From the NCBI GenBank assembly GCA_000004985.1, contig GG738878.1: a stretch of DNA of 64,000 nucleotides; one strand, given 5' to 3'. The position numbers and the translations under genes are program-made. A model generated the notes under the pieces. The model did not search any database and was not told where the DNA came from. It saw nothing but the letters and a program-made list of their open reading frames with translations. Below are positions 45,393 through 55,317 of the stretch, piece after piece (the stretch's first letter is position 1; each line of letters starts with the position of its first letter). The stretch comes from Naegleria gruberi (taxonomy: Eukaryota).

Positions 45393-46040
45393 ATGAGCAA
45401 ACGAAACAGACAAGATTTTGAAAATCATCAATTCATTAATTCGGAGGAAATATTCACTAACAATTTTAATAATAATAATATGGAAGAGAAATCAAAAAAA
45501 ATTGTAAAACTGGAACAAGAAATATTTTCAGATGACATTTGTTTTGAAATAATTTCCATGATTGATGATTCATGGTTTATTTTAAATAATTGTACTTTAA
45601 TTTCAAAACAATTCTTTAATGTGATCAAGGAACGTTCAAAACTTGCTATTCAATTTAAAAAAAAATTTACAGAGAAACGAGTTCAATTATTTTTGAAAAC
45701 TCAATTCATGAATAGTATTGTTAATGTTACATTTTCTAGTTGGTTGCTTGATTCTTTTGAAGAAGCCAAATTCATAACTGAAATGAAACAGTTGATATCA
45801 CTTAATATTCGTGGCTATGATTTTGGTGATGAAGAAGCCAAATTGATAAGTGAAATGAAACAATTAACATCACTTGATATTTCTTACAATCAAATTGGTG
45901 ATGAAGGAGCCAAATATCTAAGTGAAATGAAACAGTTGATATCACTTAATATTCGTGGCAATCGAATTGGTGATGAAGGAGTCAAATATATAAGTGAAAT
46001 GAAACAATTAACATCACTTACATATAAGGGATTATATTGA
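45393..46040 (+). CDS. F-box-like/RI-type LRR protein, paralog 3 (215 aa, only about 4 LRR units).
   Basis: The N-terminal 110 aa are about 95% identical to paralog 2. The C-terminus LTSLTYKGLY is the same as paralog 1. The repeat array has far fewer 72-bp units. Confidence 0.7.
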   Translation: MSKRNRQDFENHQFINSEEIFTNNFNNNNMEEKSKKIVKLEQEIFSDDICFEIISMIDDSWFILNNCTLISKQFFNVIKERSKLAIQFKKKFTEKRVQLFLKTQFMNSIVNVTFSSWLLDSFEEAKFITEMKQLISLNIRGYDFGDEEAKLISEMKQLTSLDISYNQIGDEGAKYLSEMKQLISLNIRGNRIGDEGVKYISEMKQLTSLTYKGLY

Positions 46041-46539
46041 GTGAAGTTTAAGCTTTCCAGATCCCCAGTTTGAAATTTTTCTCTCATCCCTTAGTAACAC
46101 TTTGAAAAGTTATAGAATAATATTCATTTCTTCAAACAACACGGATCAATCTTCAGTACTGAGATTGAAAGTATGAAAGAATGACTGTTGTTTCGGTTTC
46201 CTTGAGTTTAATCGAGTAAGGAAATTTCTGCTTCCGAAGATAAAAATAACATTCCGTATGAAATTCCGTGAGTTCCTTTCCTTCAATCACACATTAAGAA
46301 TTTGTGAGTTCTTCACTCAATCGACAAAAATAACTGCGCTTGTTGTGAGTACAAAGTATTGAGCACGTTCAAATTATTTTCCTTATCAAAACTATAAATA
46401 GATCATGTGAAAAATGTGAAAGCAAAACAATAAGAAAAAAAATTAATTAACATCAACAACTGGTCTACTTGTCAAATTTTGTGTACAAAATCTTAAGAAG
46501 TGTAAATAATACTACTAAATACCAATCAACCAAATCAAA

Positions 46540-47979
46540 ATGAGTTTCATCCACATTCCAATTTCTACTGCAGCTGCTTTCCAACCTCAACAACAAACTA
46601 TTCCAAGACAAGTTTCTTATCCAAATTTGAGAGAAACTTCATCATTCAATGATTATCCAACTCAAAATTTTGTAAATAATGTAACAAAAATTCCACTTTT
46701 GATTTCTCCACAAACAAGACAAGTTGAAAGAAATGTTCCATTCAAAATTTATGTTTTTGAAGGAAAATTCAATCACAATTTGAATAGTGCTTCAAATGTT
46801 TTGAGATTTGAAATTGATTCTAATCATGAGAGAAGTTTCGAATTATTTGATAGAGTTTTGAGAGAACATTCCATTGATAGGAGACAATTTGAATTACATT
46901 ATGTTGATGATGAAGATGATTTGGTTTCATTGACAAATTTAAGAGATTTCCAATTCATGTTGAAATTAATGAAAGGAAAATTGACCAAGATTATTTGTGA
47001 AAAGAAATCAATCAAATCACCACAACAACAAGCATATCCTCAACAATATCCTCAACAACATATTGCCTTCAATAGAATTTCACAAGCATCACCATCAGCA
47101 TGTTTATTTGCTCAATTCCAACAACCAAGAGTTGAATCTCAAAAGAAACAAGCTCCTCAACAACAAGCAGAACAATCTTGGGAAAATATGATTGAAAAGG
47201 CATTTAGATCTGCCTTCTCAAATGAAAATCCAACTCAACCAAAACAATCATTCTTTCCACAAGTTGCTGCTTCCACTCCTCAAACAAAACCAAAAGTGAG
47301 AAGAATTGAAATTAGTCTTTCTGATCTTTTGGGAATTCCAACAAGTAATGAAGCTGCTCAACAACCAGAAAAGGAAGAAACAAAGAAAGAAAAGAAGGAA
47401 AGTACTTCTACACCTCAATCATTCAGAGAATTATTACTTCAAAGAATGAAGGAAATGAGAGAAGAAGAGCAAAAGAGTCAACAATCACAAACTCAAGAAA
47501 AGAAACAAGAAGAGAAACCTATTCAAACTTCTCCAACTGCAATTGTTGTTTCTCAACCAAAAGAAGAAGAAGAACCAATTCAAGAACAAGTGAAGGAGAA
47601 AGAAATTGTTACTGAAAATACTCCAACTATGACCACTTCATTGCTTCTCTCCAATTTAATTGAAGATCAACCAACTGAATCAGTCGTTGAACAAGTTCAA
47701 CAAGAAACAATTGCTTCTCAAGAAGAAACAGAATCAGTGAATCAACAACAAGCTCAACAAGTTTCCAATCAAAATCTTGAAAATCAAGATCCAATTATTG
47801 AATCAATTCCTGAAGAAGAAGAAGAACCAGTTGTGAAAACAACCATTCCACACAAATATCAAAAAGAATTGAAATTATTGAATCAAATGGGTTTCACCAA
47901 TCATATTCTTAATATTACCTTATTGAATAGGTATGAAGGTGATATTCAAAGAGCCATCTCTGATCTCATTCATCAATAA
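46540..47979 (+). CDS. PB1-UBA protein (p62/SQSTM1-like ubiquitin-binding scaffold), the intact copy (479 aa).
   Basis: N-terminal PB1 domain (VPFKIYVFEGKF...LHYVDDEDDLVSLTNLRDFQFMLKL, an OPCA-type acidic motif), a Q/E/K-rich linker and a C-terminal UBA (ELKLLNQMGFTNHILNITLLNRYEGDIQRAISDLI). Confidence 0.7.
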   Translation: MSFIHIPISTAAAFQPQQQTIPRQVSYPNLRETSSFNDYPTQNFVNNVTKIPLLISPQTRQVERNVPFKIYVFEGKFNHNLNSASNVLRFEIDSNHERSFELFDRVLREHSIDRRQFELHYVDDEDDLVSLTNLRDFQFMLKLMKGKLTKIICEKKSIKSPQQQAYPQQYPQQHIAFNRISQASPSACLFAQFQQPRVESQKKQAPQQQAEQSWENMIEKAFRSAFSNENPTQPKQSFFPQVAASTPQTKPKVRRIEISLSDLLGIPTSNEAAQQPEKEETKKEKKESTSTPQSFRELLLQRMKEMREEEQKSQQSQTQEKKQEEKPIQTSPTAIVVSQPKEEEEPIQEQVKEKEIVTENTPTMTTSLLLSNLIEDQPTESVVEQVQQETIASQEETESVNQQQAQQVSNQNLENQDPIIESIPEEEEEPVVKTTIPHKYQKELKLLNQMGFTNHILNITLLNRYEGDIQRAISDLIHQ

Positions 47980-48298
47980 TCATCAAGTTTAAATAAATAC
48001 TACCTTGTAAATATCTAAATATTAAATAATTCGCTTTACAAGTAGTTGCCTGTTAAGCCATGCATGTTAACCGTACTACAGAATGTAGTTATACTTGTAG
48101 TAGGAGGAAGATCATCTGTTGTTACAAGAGATTCACAAATCAAGTTCTTTATGTAATTGCCATCATTAATTTCTGTTTTTAGTATAATCTACAAATGTTT
48201 AATATTTTGATCTATGTCCTTCAATACATCTGTAACATTAGAATACTGCAAATTTTTCATCTTCTTAATAATATTTGATAAAGGAAGAACATCAAATT

Positions 48299-50697
48299 CT
48301 ACAAAGTGAATGTCGCTCCAAACTTTCTCGTCCACCTTTGAATAAAACTCAAAAGTTTCTTAACAACAATTGACAAGGCGTAAATGTCATGAAGAACTGT
48401 GAATCTTAATTTTGGGTCTGAAGGAGAGTAATCTTCCTTGTAGTTCACAATGCTGGACTGATTCAATAATGTTGAATTGTTAAAATCTATCAAAACTGCT
48501 TCAAAATCAGTTTCATTTTTCATTCTGAACATGATATTATGGACACTTATATCACAATGAACAACTCCATGTTCATGTAGACTTTCCAGAGCCCTAAGAC
48601 ATCCAATAACGGACTTTAAAATTATGTTTCTAACTATTACATTGAGATTTTCATAGATTTCGAGTTTTTGTAAAATATCTGTCAACTCTTCATAATTAAG
48701 CAACTTCTCTTGAACAGTTATATACAATAGATTATTGACCGGACCATAATAATAAATTTCACAAATATTAGTATTTTTTAAACCTTGAATAAGATTCATA
48801 ACTTGAATATTTTCAAACTTTTTGTTTGTGATCTTGAAATAAGATTCCTTAGTATTGTATTTCATTGTACCAAGCATTGTCTTTTGTTTTACAAGTTCAA
48901 TATTATAATTTGATCCAATATTCAAGTTATGAATCTCAGATGATAACATTATAACATTATTCTTGTTATCACCGTCATAAGCATCGTTGTCGTTATTATT
49001 GTTATCACTGTCATCATTACCATAATTGTCTTCACAATCAGTATCATTGTCGGTGTCATTATCATTGTGAAATTGCATTGAATTTAGTTGTTCTACAGTT
49101 CGTATAGAAACCTTCAATACGTAATATACAACTTTTTTTGTAGTATTCCTTAATTTGAAAACTAGTTCTATTTCGTTAGTGGGATGGACGCAATTTTTTC
49201 CCCTTAATAATACTTGCAAAGGAAATCCTTCTGTTTGGGCATTGCTTTTTAAAAACACACATGTCCTATTTTTTTCCTTTTTGAAAATATTATCTGCGTA
49301 ACTATTCATAGTATATTTTGTAATGTTTTTGTGGGGAGGTAAGGGAAACGATAATAATTTTGAAAATACATCTAGAGCTTCATTGTAAGAGTTAAATTCT
49401 AATATGTCAAGTGAAGCGAATCGGTCATAATTGAGATTGAAAAATGGTAAGTCACAAAGTCCTGGATGGAACACAGACTTTGATGATGTTGGAGTGTCAG
49501 CAATCTTTTCTACAAACGACAAACTCTTTTGATTGAACTGAGAGTTTAGAAACCTTCTTCCAATCTGAAGAATAATAGACATTACTTTTGAAATACCGTA
49601 TGGAGTAGTGAAATCATACCATATGCTAGTATATAATCTATAACTATAACTAAAATATTGTTTGTTATCAACTTTAGGAATCAAAAATAATCTCAAAAAG
49701 CAAATTTTGGTACCGGCTGATAGAGACCCAAAAACGTCCAACTCAGTGTCAGAACTTAGCAATTTTCTTTCAAACAGTTCAAAGAGCAACTCTGTTAATG
49801 ATCCTCTCATTAACAACACCACTTTCTTAAAGTCAGGATGATCATACACACTATCTATTTCAATAGGTTTCCATTCTCCAAAAAAGAAACGCCAATCAAA
49901 ATTTTCTAAAACATTAACTCTTGTCAATATTGTGCCAGGCATGAAGTATTTTGTTGTGAAATATCGAGTCAGTCTGGATTGGTTGGATAGTGCATCTTCG
50001 TTTACATTTCTTAAAAAGAATTTGAAAATGTTCGTTGAAATACTTACGCTCTCGATGAAATCTGTCCATTAGAAATGCTTGTAAGGTACGAAAATATGAT
50101 TGAGAGTGATTCGTGATAGTTAATTTCATAATTTTGCTCAAAATGCAAGTTTCTTAAAGCAAAGAGAGGAGATAACAACGGATTTGGATTTCCCTTATTG
50201 TAACTTGAAAAAAGATCATTAGAGAACTCTATAGGACAATTCACGTTTCCTATTTTGTCTTTTTGAAGTACCTGAGTCATAGTTTGCTCCAAAAAACTCA
50301 TTTCTTTGTTGTCGTCAAAACCAATACCGCTCTTTTTAAGAGAAATTAAGCCTTTAGCCAAGAAGGATTTAGTACTTGTGTTTAGATGTGGAGCAACTTG
50401 TTGATTATCTGCTTCTATCTGATCTACATGAATTTCATTTACATTTCCATATACATGTTTCATAATCAAATCATTCTTTGTATTATGTGAAGCCTCAACA
50501 TAAGCACTCTCCCATGCAGATTGGAGGTGATTTGGTATTTTGTTTGAAAAGATATCAGAACCAAATGTATGTAAACTAACCACTGAAAGCACATCAAATG
50601 AATCTCCCAATACATCACCATTTAAAAGATTAGCCTTTTGAGTGTTCTTATTAAACATTCCAGGCCAATACAGCATTCCATTTGTTCCGAATATCAA
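48299..50697 (-). CDS. Protein with a C-terminal divergent protein-kinase-like domain. Two exons, 50048..about 50697 and 48299..50009, with a 38-nt intron. The start codon is uncertain.
   Basis: Exon 1 ends ...NGQISSR-GC|GTAAGT. The 38-nt intron ends ...ttttaag, and exon 2 continues A-NVNEDALSNQSRLTRYFTTKYFMPGTILTRV.... The kinase-like motifs are HEHGVVHCDISVHNIMF (catalytic-loop-like) and LIDFNNS (a DFG-like motif with G replaced by N, so possibly a pseudokinase). There is an acidic DN/DT low-complexity insert. Confidence 0.5.
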
Positions 50698-51144
50698 AAC
50701 CCAAACACCTTCTCCATCTTCAAAATCTTGATCTATTAAATTAAGTTTTCTTTTCTCTCCTCTGCTTTCTGTCTAGGTTTATTCAAAGATCAAATACCTA
50801 CTTGAAAAATGCACTAAGGGAAACTTCCTTAAATCTGTTCATTTTTTTTTATTTTGATACGAAAAGAAAAGGTGGTAAAATGCCCTATGTTTTATCTAGT
50901 CATCATCATCTTTAAAATGTCACATAAATCACTTTGTTACAAAGTCTCCAATTACATGTTAACCTTACTCTCCTCCCCAAATCCAAGTAACACTCTTAAA
51001 AAACCTTCAAATCTACAAAACCATGAGCTTTTGTTCTTCCTTTGAACTCTTTAAAAAAATTCAACAAAAATGCAAATCAACGGCTAATTAGGAAGCCTTG
51101 ATGATTTTGTATTGAAAAGGCTGGAAAATCAAACGAACAAAAAA

Positions 51145-52923
51145 ATGAGTCAACTTCAACCCTCGACGATTCTCTCATCGTTTAATAGTAAACAACAGCA
51201 AGGTGGTGTTGGAGGATTGGGATTTAAATCATCTGGATTTCAGGGATTGTCTCTTCCGTTACATTCTATATCTTCATTAAATTCTGTAAATAATCCACCG
51301 TCGACACCTTCACCTATCAATTCAGCTGCCTCCGGTGGCAGTGAAAGTGGTAGGGGAAGAGAACGAGGAAATCATCATCGGCAATCTTCATCGCATGATA
51401 TGGATCAGACACAATTACACTCATCAAGATCAAGAACATCATCGATAGCTTCTGGATTTAATACACCTACTGCTGAATTGTCAGAATTTAGTTTTGGATT
51501 TACAGAGAGGACATCATATCAACATGATGGTAAAAAGAGAGACTTGTCAGAGATGGTGTCCAACTTGTCAAGTGATCGTCAACAGGGTGGTGATGAGTTG
51601 GAAATTTTGAAAAGACAACTTGAATCAACAAAGGAAAGATACGATACATTTAGAAAAGGTTTTATCTTGGAGAGAAATCAGAGATTAAAAACTGTTCACG
51701 ATTTGTACAAATTCACAAAGAAGATGGAAATATTACAAAAACAATTATTCGAGAAAGATACAGCCCTCTTGGCTCTCTCAACGGAAAATGTAAAATTAAA
51801 AGAGGATATTTATGAAATTCACAAGTTTGGAGTAAATTCAACAATGGCACAACCATCAAACAATAATCAACCAACAGCTGCAGCAAGCAACAAGGACAAT
51901 TCCGATAGTGGTTCTAAAAGAAGATTATTCTTTTCGAGAAAGAGAAACATGTCCACAGACTCTGCTGACAACTCGAAAAATTCACTGTCAAACGAGAACT
52001 TAAAACAAGTTGTCAATATGGATTTCACCGACAAGACAGAGTCTCCAAAGGCTGGTAATAACGAAAGCAAGCTGGATGCTATTCAAGAAATGAAACACTG
52101 GAGAGAATTATATAGAAAGACTCAGAACGACCTTAAAAAACGAGAAAAGCAAATAAGTGACCTCCAATCACAGGAACATGTACAAAAGCAAATGTTGCAA
52201 GAAATTCAGGCCAAATATCGTAATACTGAGGGAAATTTGTCAAAGAGTCAAGAGGCTATTACTAGTTTAAAGTCACAATTATTCGAGAGAGAGCAATCAC
52301 ATTTAAACCTTTCAAAGGAAAATGATTTATTACAACAACAGTTGTCAGAGTATCAAAAATGGAAGGAAGACTTTTTGGAAGATTACCAAAACATGGAACA
52401 AACAGTGGCAAACTTGAAGGAAGAAATTGAACGTAAAGATTTAGATCTATTAAGATTAACAGAGAAATGTATGGAACTAAAGGAACAACTCAACTCTGTG
52501 AGGTTGCAAATTAGAAAATTCAGATGTAAGCGTATTTCACAAGGAGGTCTTGCCAACAAGTTGATGGGATCTGTAACAAAAAGCGATGCAGCCATTGTAC
52601 TTCACAAAAATCCACAAAATGGTATTCTTTGGATTGATATCAAAATACGGACAGGAAAAGATCAAGACAGATCAGATTTCAATGCCATTAATTCGAATAT
52701 TGTTCAATCTCACCCTCTCACTTCTATTACAGATATAGTACCGGACGTTCACGACCCAAAACGTTTTTCAATTTATTTCTTTTCTAATGCCACAGCCAGT
52801 CCTTCCAAGAATACTCCAAATTCTGTAATTGAAACATTTGAATGCACCAGTGAAAGTGAAAGAACTGAAACCATGCAAAGTATTCAAGAGTTTATTAGCA
52901 TTGCAGCACAAGCATTCGATTAA
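51145..52923 (+). CDS. Coiled-coil protein (about 590 aa) with a Ser-rich N-terminus and a C-terminal globular (PH-like?) region. Hypothetical.
   Basis: Long ORF. The first ATG is at 51145 (the track start at 51112 is a TTG). Heptad-rich central region. Confidence 0.55.
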   Translation: MSQLQPSTILSSFNSKQQQGGVGGLGFKSSGFQGLSLPLHSISSLNSVNNPPSTPSPINSAASGGSESGRGRERGNHHRQSSSHDMDQTQLHSSRSRTSSIASGFNTPTAELSEFSFGFTERTSYQHDGKKRDLSEMVSNLSSDRQQGGDELEILKRQLESTKERYDTFRKGFILERNQRLKTVHDLYKFTKKMEILQKQLFEKDTALLALSTENVKLKEDIYEIHKFGVNSTMAQPSNNNQPTAAASNKDNSDSGSKRRLFFSRKRNMSTDSADNSKNSLSNENLKQVVNMDFTDKTESPKAGNNESKLDAIQEMKHWRELYRKTQNDLKKREKQISDLQSQEHVQKQMLQEIQAKYRNTEGNLSKSQEAITSLKSQLFEREQSHLNLSKENDLLQQQLSEYQKWKEDFLEDYQNMEQTVANLKEEIERKDLDLLRLTEKCMELKEQLNSVRLQIRKFRCKRISQGGLANKLMGSVTKSDAAIVLHKNPQNGILWIDIKIRTGKDQDRSDFNAINSNIVQSHPLTSITDIVPDVHDPKRFSIYFFSNATASPSKNTPNSVIETFECTSESERTETMQSIQEFISIAAQAFD

Positions 52924-52929
52924 ATTATT

Positions 52930-53256
52930 TCATACATTATCAATTACTTGTCTTGATTGATAAAATCCTTCTTTTGGATGATTTCTATGCCATTTTTTAT
53001 GATTTGTATCGGTAGACTGGGTTTTTCGAGAAGAGTATTTTTCTGATTGTATGTTAGTCTGTTTCTTTTCATATACCCATTCCCATTTCTCTAATCCCTT
53101 TGTTGTACAATATTTTTGGAAAGTAAACTCCCAAACATTGTTTGATTTACATTTAGTTCTGAATTTGCTAGCACTGTACTTAGGTGATTTTTCCGAACTC
53201 TTCTCTACACGAGGTGTTTGTGATCTCACTTTTCCGTATGGAACTAGACTCATCAA
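52930..53256 (-). CDS. Small basic Lys/Ser-rich protein (108 aa), hypothetical.
   Basis: ATG-initiated ORF lying between two convergent gene ends. Codon usage is coding-like but there is no recognisable domain. Confidence 0.3.
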   Translation of the reverse strand: MMSLVPYGKVRSQTPRVEKSSEKSPKYSASKFRTKCKSNNVWEFTFQKYCTTKGLEKWEWVYEKKQTNIQSEKYSSRKTQSTDTNHKKWHRNHPKEGFYQSRQVIDNV

Positions 53257-53348
53257 AATGTTTTTTTTTAATTTTATTGTAAACTCTGAATGTTTAGTGA
53301 TGTGTGCTCTAAAATTATCAATAAAGGTAACTGGCAGTGTTGTATTTT

Positions 53349-55253
53349 CTATTCTTCAAATAGCAACAATTCAATGAAAATGAAAAAGGCACCCACAAGA
53401 ATGACAAGTGGTGTGATTATCAATCCAAATTTGAGGAATGTGAAATAATTAATCTGCTTACTAGTAATACCATTCTGTCTCAAAATACTCAAAAACATAA
53501 TACCTGCCAATGCACCGAATAAGGTAATGTTGGCTCCAAAGTTAGATCCCAAAATGAGACTAAACATTGATCCTTTTCTTTGCAATGGAGAAAGAATCTT
53601 GTACTCCTTACTTGAAATTACACTTGTGAAAAGAATAGTCATTGGTTGATTGTTAATAATGTTACAAGAGATGGCTGACAGGTAGCTCATTACCAAGGTA
53701 GTAACTGCAAGAGAACGAACTGTAGGTTTCTGATCTAGTGGATTATTAGCACCAGAAAGAGAAACAATCAATTCAGCTGCTCTCTTAGCCAATAGATCTG
53801 TCCATCCATAATAATTCAACAATTGCACGATTGTAAACATGGACAAGATGAATGGAATAATTTTCCATGGCAATCTCTTCAATACTTTCCAAATACTACT
53901 CTCAAATACTTTCACTGTTCCTCTTCTCTTCTTGATAAATTGAATTGTATCCATTATAACATCGTAGATGAGTGAAAATCCAAAGAATGAGCAAGTGACA
54001 ATCCATGGAGGGATGGTGTCTCCAGATTCTCCAAACTTGATCAGGGAAGTCACACTCAATGTCACTAAACACAACAATAAGGCAATTGATTTGATAATGG
54101 CTGCCTTGATGTCCAAATCATTTTTCTTTTCTTCTCCTTGACCTATTAAACTTGATTTGTCTTCATTGGATAATTGTTGAGCTACCACTTGATCTATAGT
54201 TGGATTTTCCTCCTCAATCGAAGTAGTATTCTCTTCTGGAACTGTTTCTTTCCCAGCAGGTTCTGAGTTTTGACTTTCAACTTCAATCTTTGTTGGAATT
54301 GAACTGAAAAAGTAAACATAAAGCAATACGAAACAAACAATTCCAGAAGCAGTTGCTGGAATAGCCATCCATTTAGAGTAAACCAAAAAATTCAAATCAT
54401 ATGCCAAGGCCACAATGACATTTGTTGGATTTCCAATTTCCAAAATTACACTCCAAACATTTGCCAAAAAGAATTGAGAAATCACATACGGAGTTGGATC
54501 CAAATTCTTACTACACGAACACATATAACAGCAAATAGGTGTCAATGTCAAAATCACAATATCATTCGATGTAAAAATTGTCAAAACACTTGCAAATAAT
54601 GAAAACCAAATAAACAGTTTGTGTCCATTATAATTTGATTTTTTGATAATCCAATTGGCAATAAAACTGAATAATCCAGTAATATCCAATGAAACACAAA
54701 CATATGACAATGACATGAACAATAACAAGATACTGTATGGTTGCAAATGTTGTCCAGGAGCTCCAATTAACCCAATTTTCATATTATCCCAATCCAATGT
54801 TCCACTAATTAATAAAACAATAAATGCAATAATCGAAGCCAAACTCAAATCCAAATCAACATGATAGAATTTTGATTGGGAAAGAAGAGATGTGAAGGAA
54901 TGAGTAGGTCCACTACTGTTAGCAATGGTTCTGTTTGTTGTTGATTCCTCTACTTCTTCTTCCTGTTGAATATTAGTATTATTATTATTGGAAGAGGGTT
55001 CTCTTTTCACATATCGATACCATGTCTTGATGGTTGAAAGAGTTGGGAATATCGGAATGGAAGGAGAGGCAATAATAAATATAATATCAATGATGAAAAC
55101 GATTAGACAAAACCATGAGTGGAATATATAGGTTGGATTGTTATGGTCATTATCATCACTGCTTGTATGATCACTGGTTTGTGATGTAGTGATGGTGGTT
55201 AGAAATTCACTTCCAATTATTGGTGAAAGCAAAGTTTGTTGGTGTGAAAACAT
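53349..55253 (-). CDS. ArsB/NhaD-superfamily anion permease (arsenite-transporter / P-protein-like), 634 aa, multi-pass.
   Basis: More than 10 TM helices. The signature-like segment TSNDIVILTLTPICCY (compare ArsB TANDxxALxLTPI) and a two-repeat topology with a central hydrophilic loop. Confidence 0.6.
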   Translation of the reverse strand: MFSHQQTLLSPIIGSEFLTTITTSQTSDHTSSDDNDHNNPTYIFHSWFCLIVFIIDIIFIIASPSIPIFPTLSTIKTWYRYVKREPSSNNNNTNIQQEEEVEESTTNRTIANSSGPTHSFTSLLSQSKFYHVDLDLSLASIIAFIVLLISGTLDWDNMKIGLIGAPGQHLQPYSILLLFMSLSYVCVSLDITGLFSFIANWIIKKSNYNGHKLFIWFSLFASVLTIFTSNDIVILTLTPICCYMCSCSKNLDPTPYVISQFFLANVWSVILEIGNPTNVIVALAYDLNFLVYSKWMAIPATASGIVCFVLLYVYFFSSIPTKIEVESQNSEPAGKETVPEENTTSIEEENPTIDQVVAQQLSNEDKSSLIGQGEEKKNDLDIKAAIIKSIALLLCLVTLSVTSLIKFGESGDTIPPWIVTCSFFGFSLIYDVIMDTIQFIKKRRGTVKVFESSIWKVLKRLPWKIIPFILSMFTIVQLLNYYGWTDLLAKRAAELIVSLSGANNPLDQKPTVRSLAVTTLVMSYLSAISCNIINNQPMTILFTSVISSKEYKILSPLQRKGSMFSLILGSNFGANITLFGALAGIMFLSILRQNGITSKQINYFTFLKFGLIITPLVILVGAFFIFIELLLFEE

Positions 55254-55317
55254 TTTTTTGTAAAATGATTATTTAAAATATAAAGAAATATATTGGTTGA
55301 GTAGAATTTAAACATGT

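Noticed and set aside
47980-48298. Compositionally less AT-rich segment between convergent genes, considered as a possible snRNA or ncRNA
   Set aside because: No match to U1, U2, U4, U5 or U6 consensus stretches that I can recognise. It is more likely overlapping 3' UTRs.
48299-48420. Possible additional 3' exon extending the kinase-like domain past the TAG at 48299
   Set aside because: Candidate GT...AG pairs downstream all run into stops within a few codons, so the ORF most likely ends at 48299.
50700-50800. Upstream 5' exon (MNRFKEVSLSAFFK) for the kinase-like gene via a 25-nt intron
   Set aside because: The only way to join it requires a GTATTT donor and a 25-nt intron, shorter than any well-supported intron here, and the joined product includes a stop unless a non-GT donor is used.
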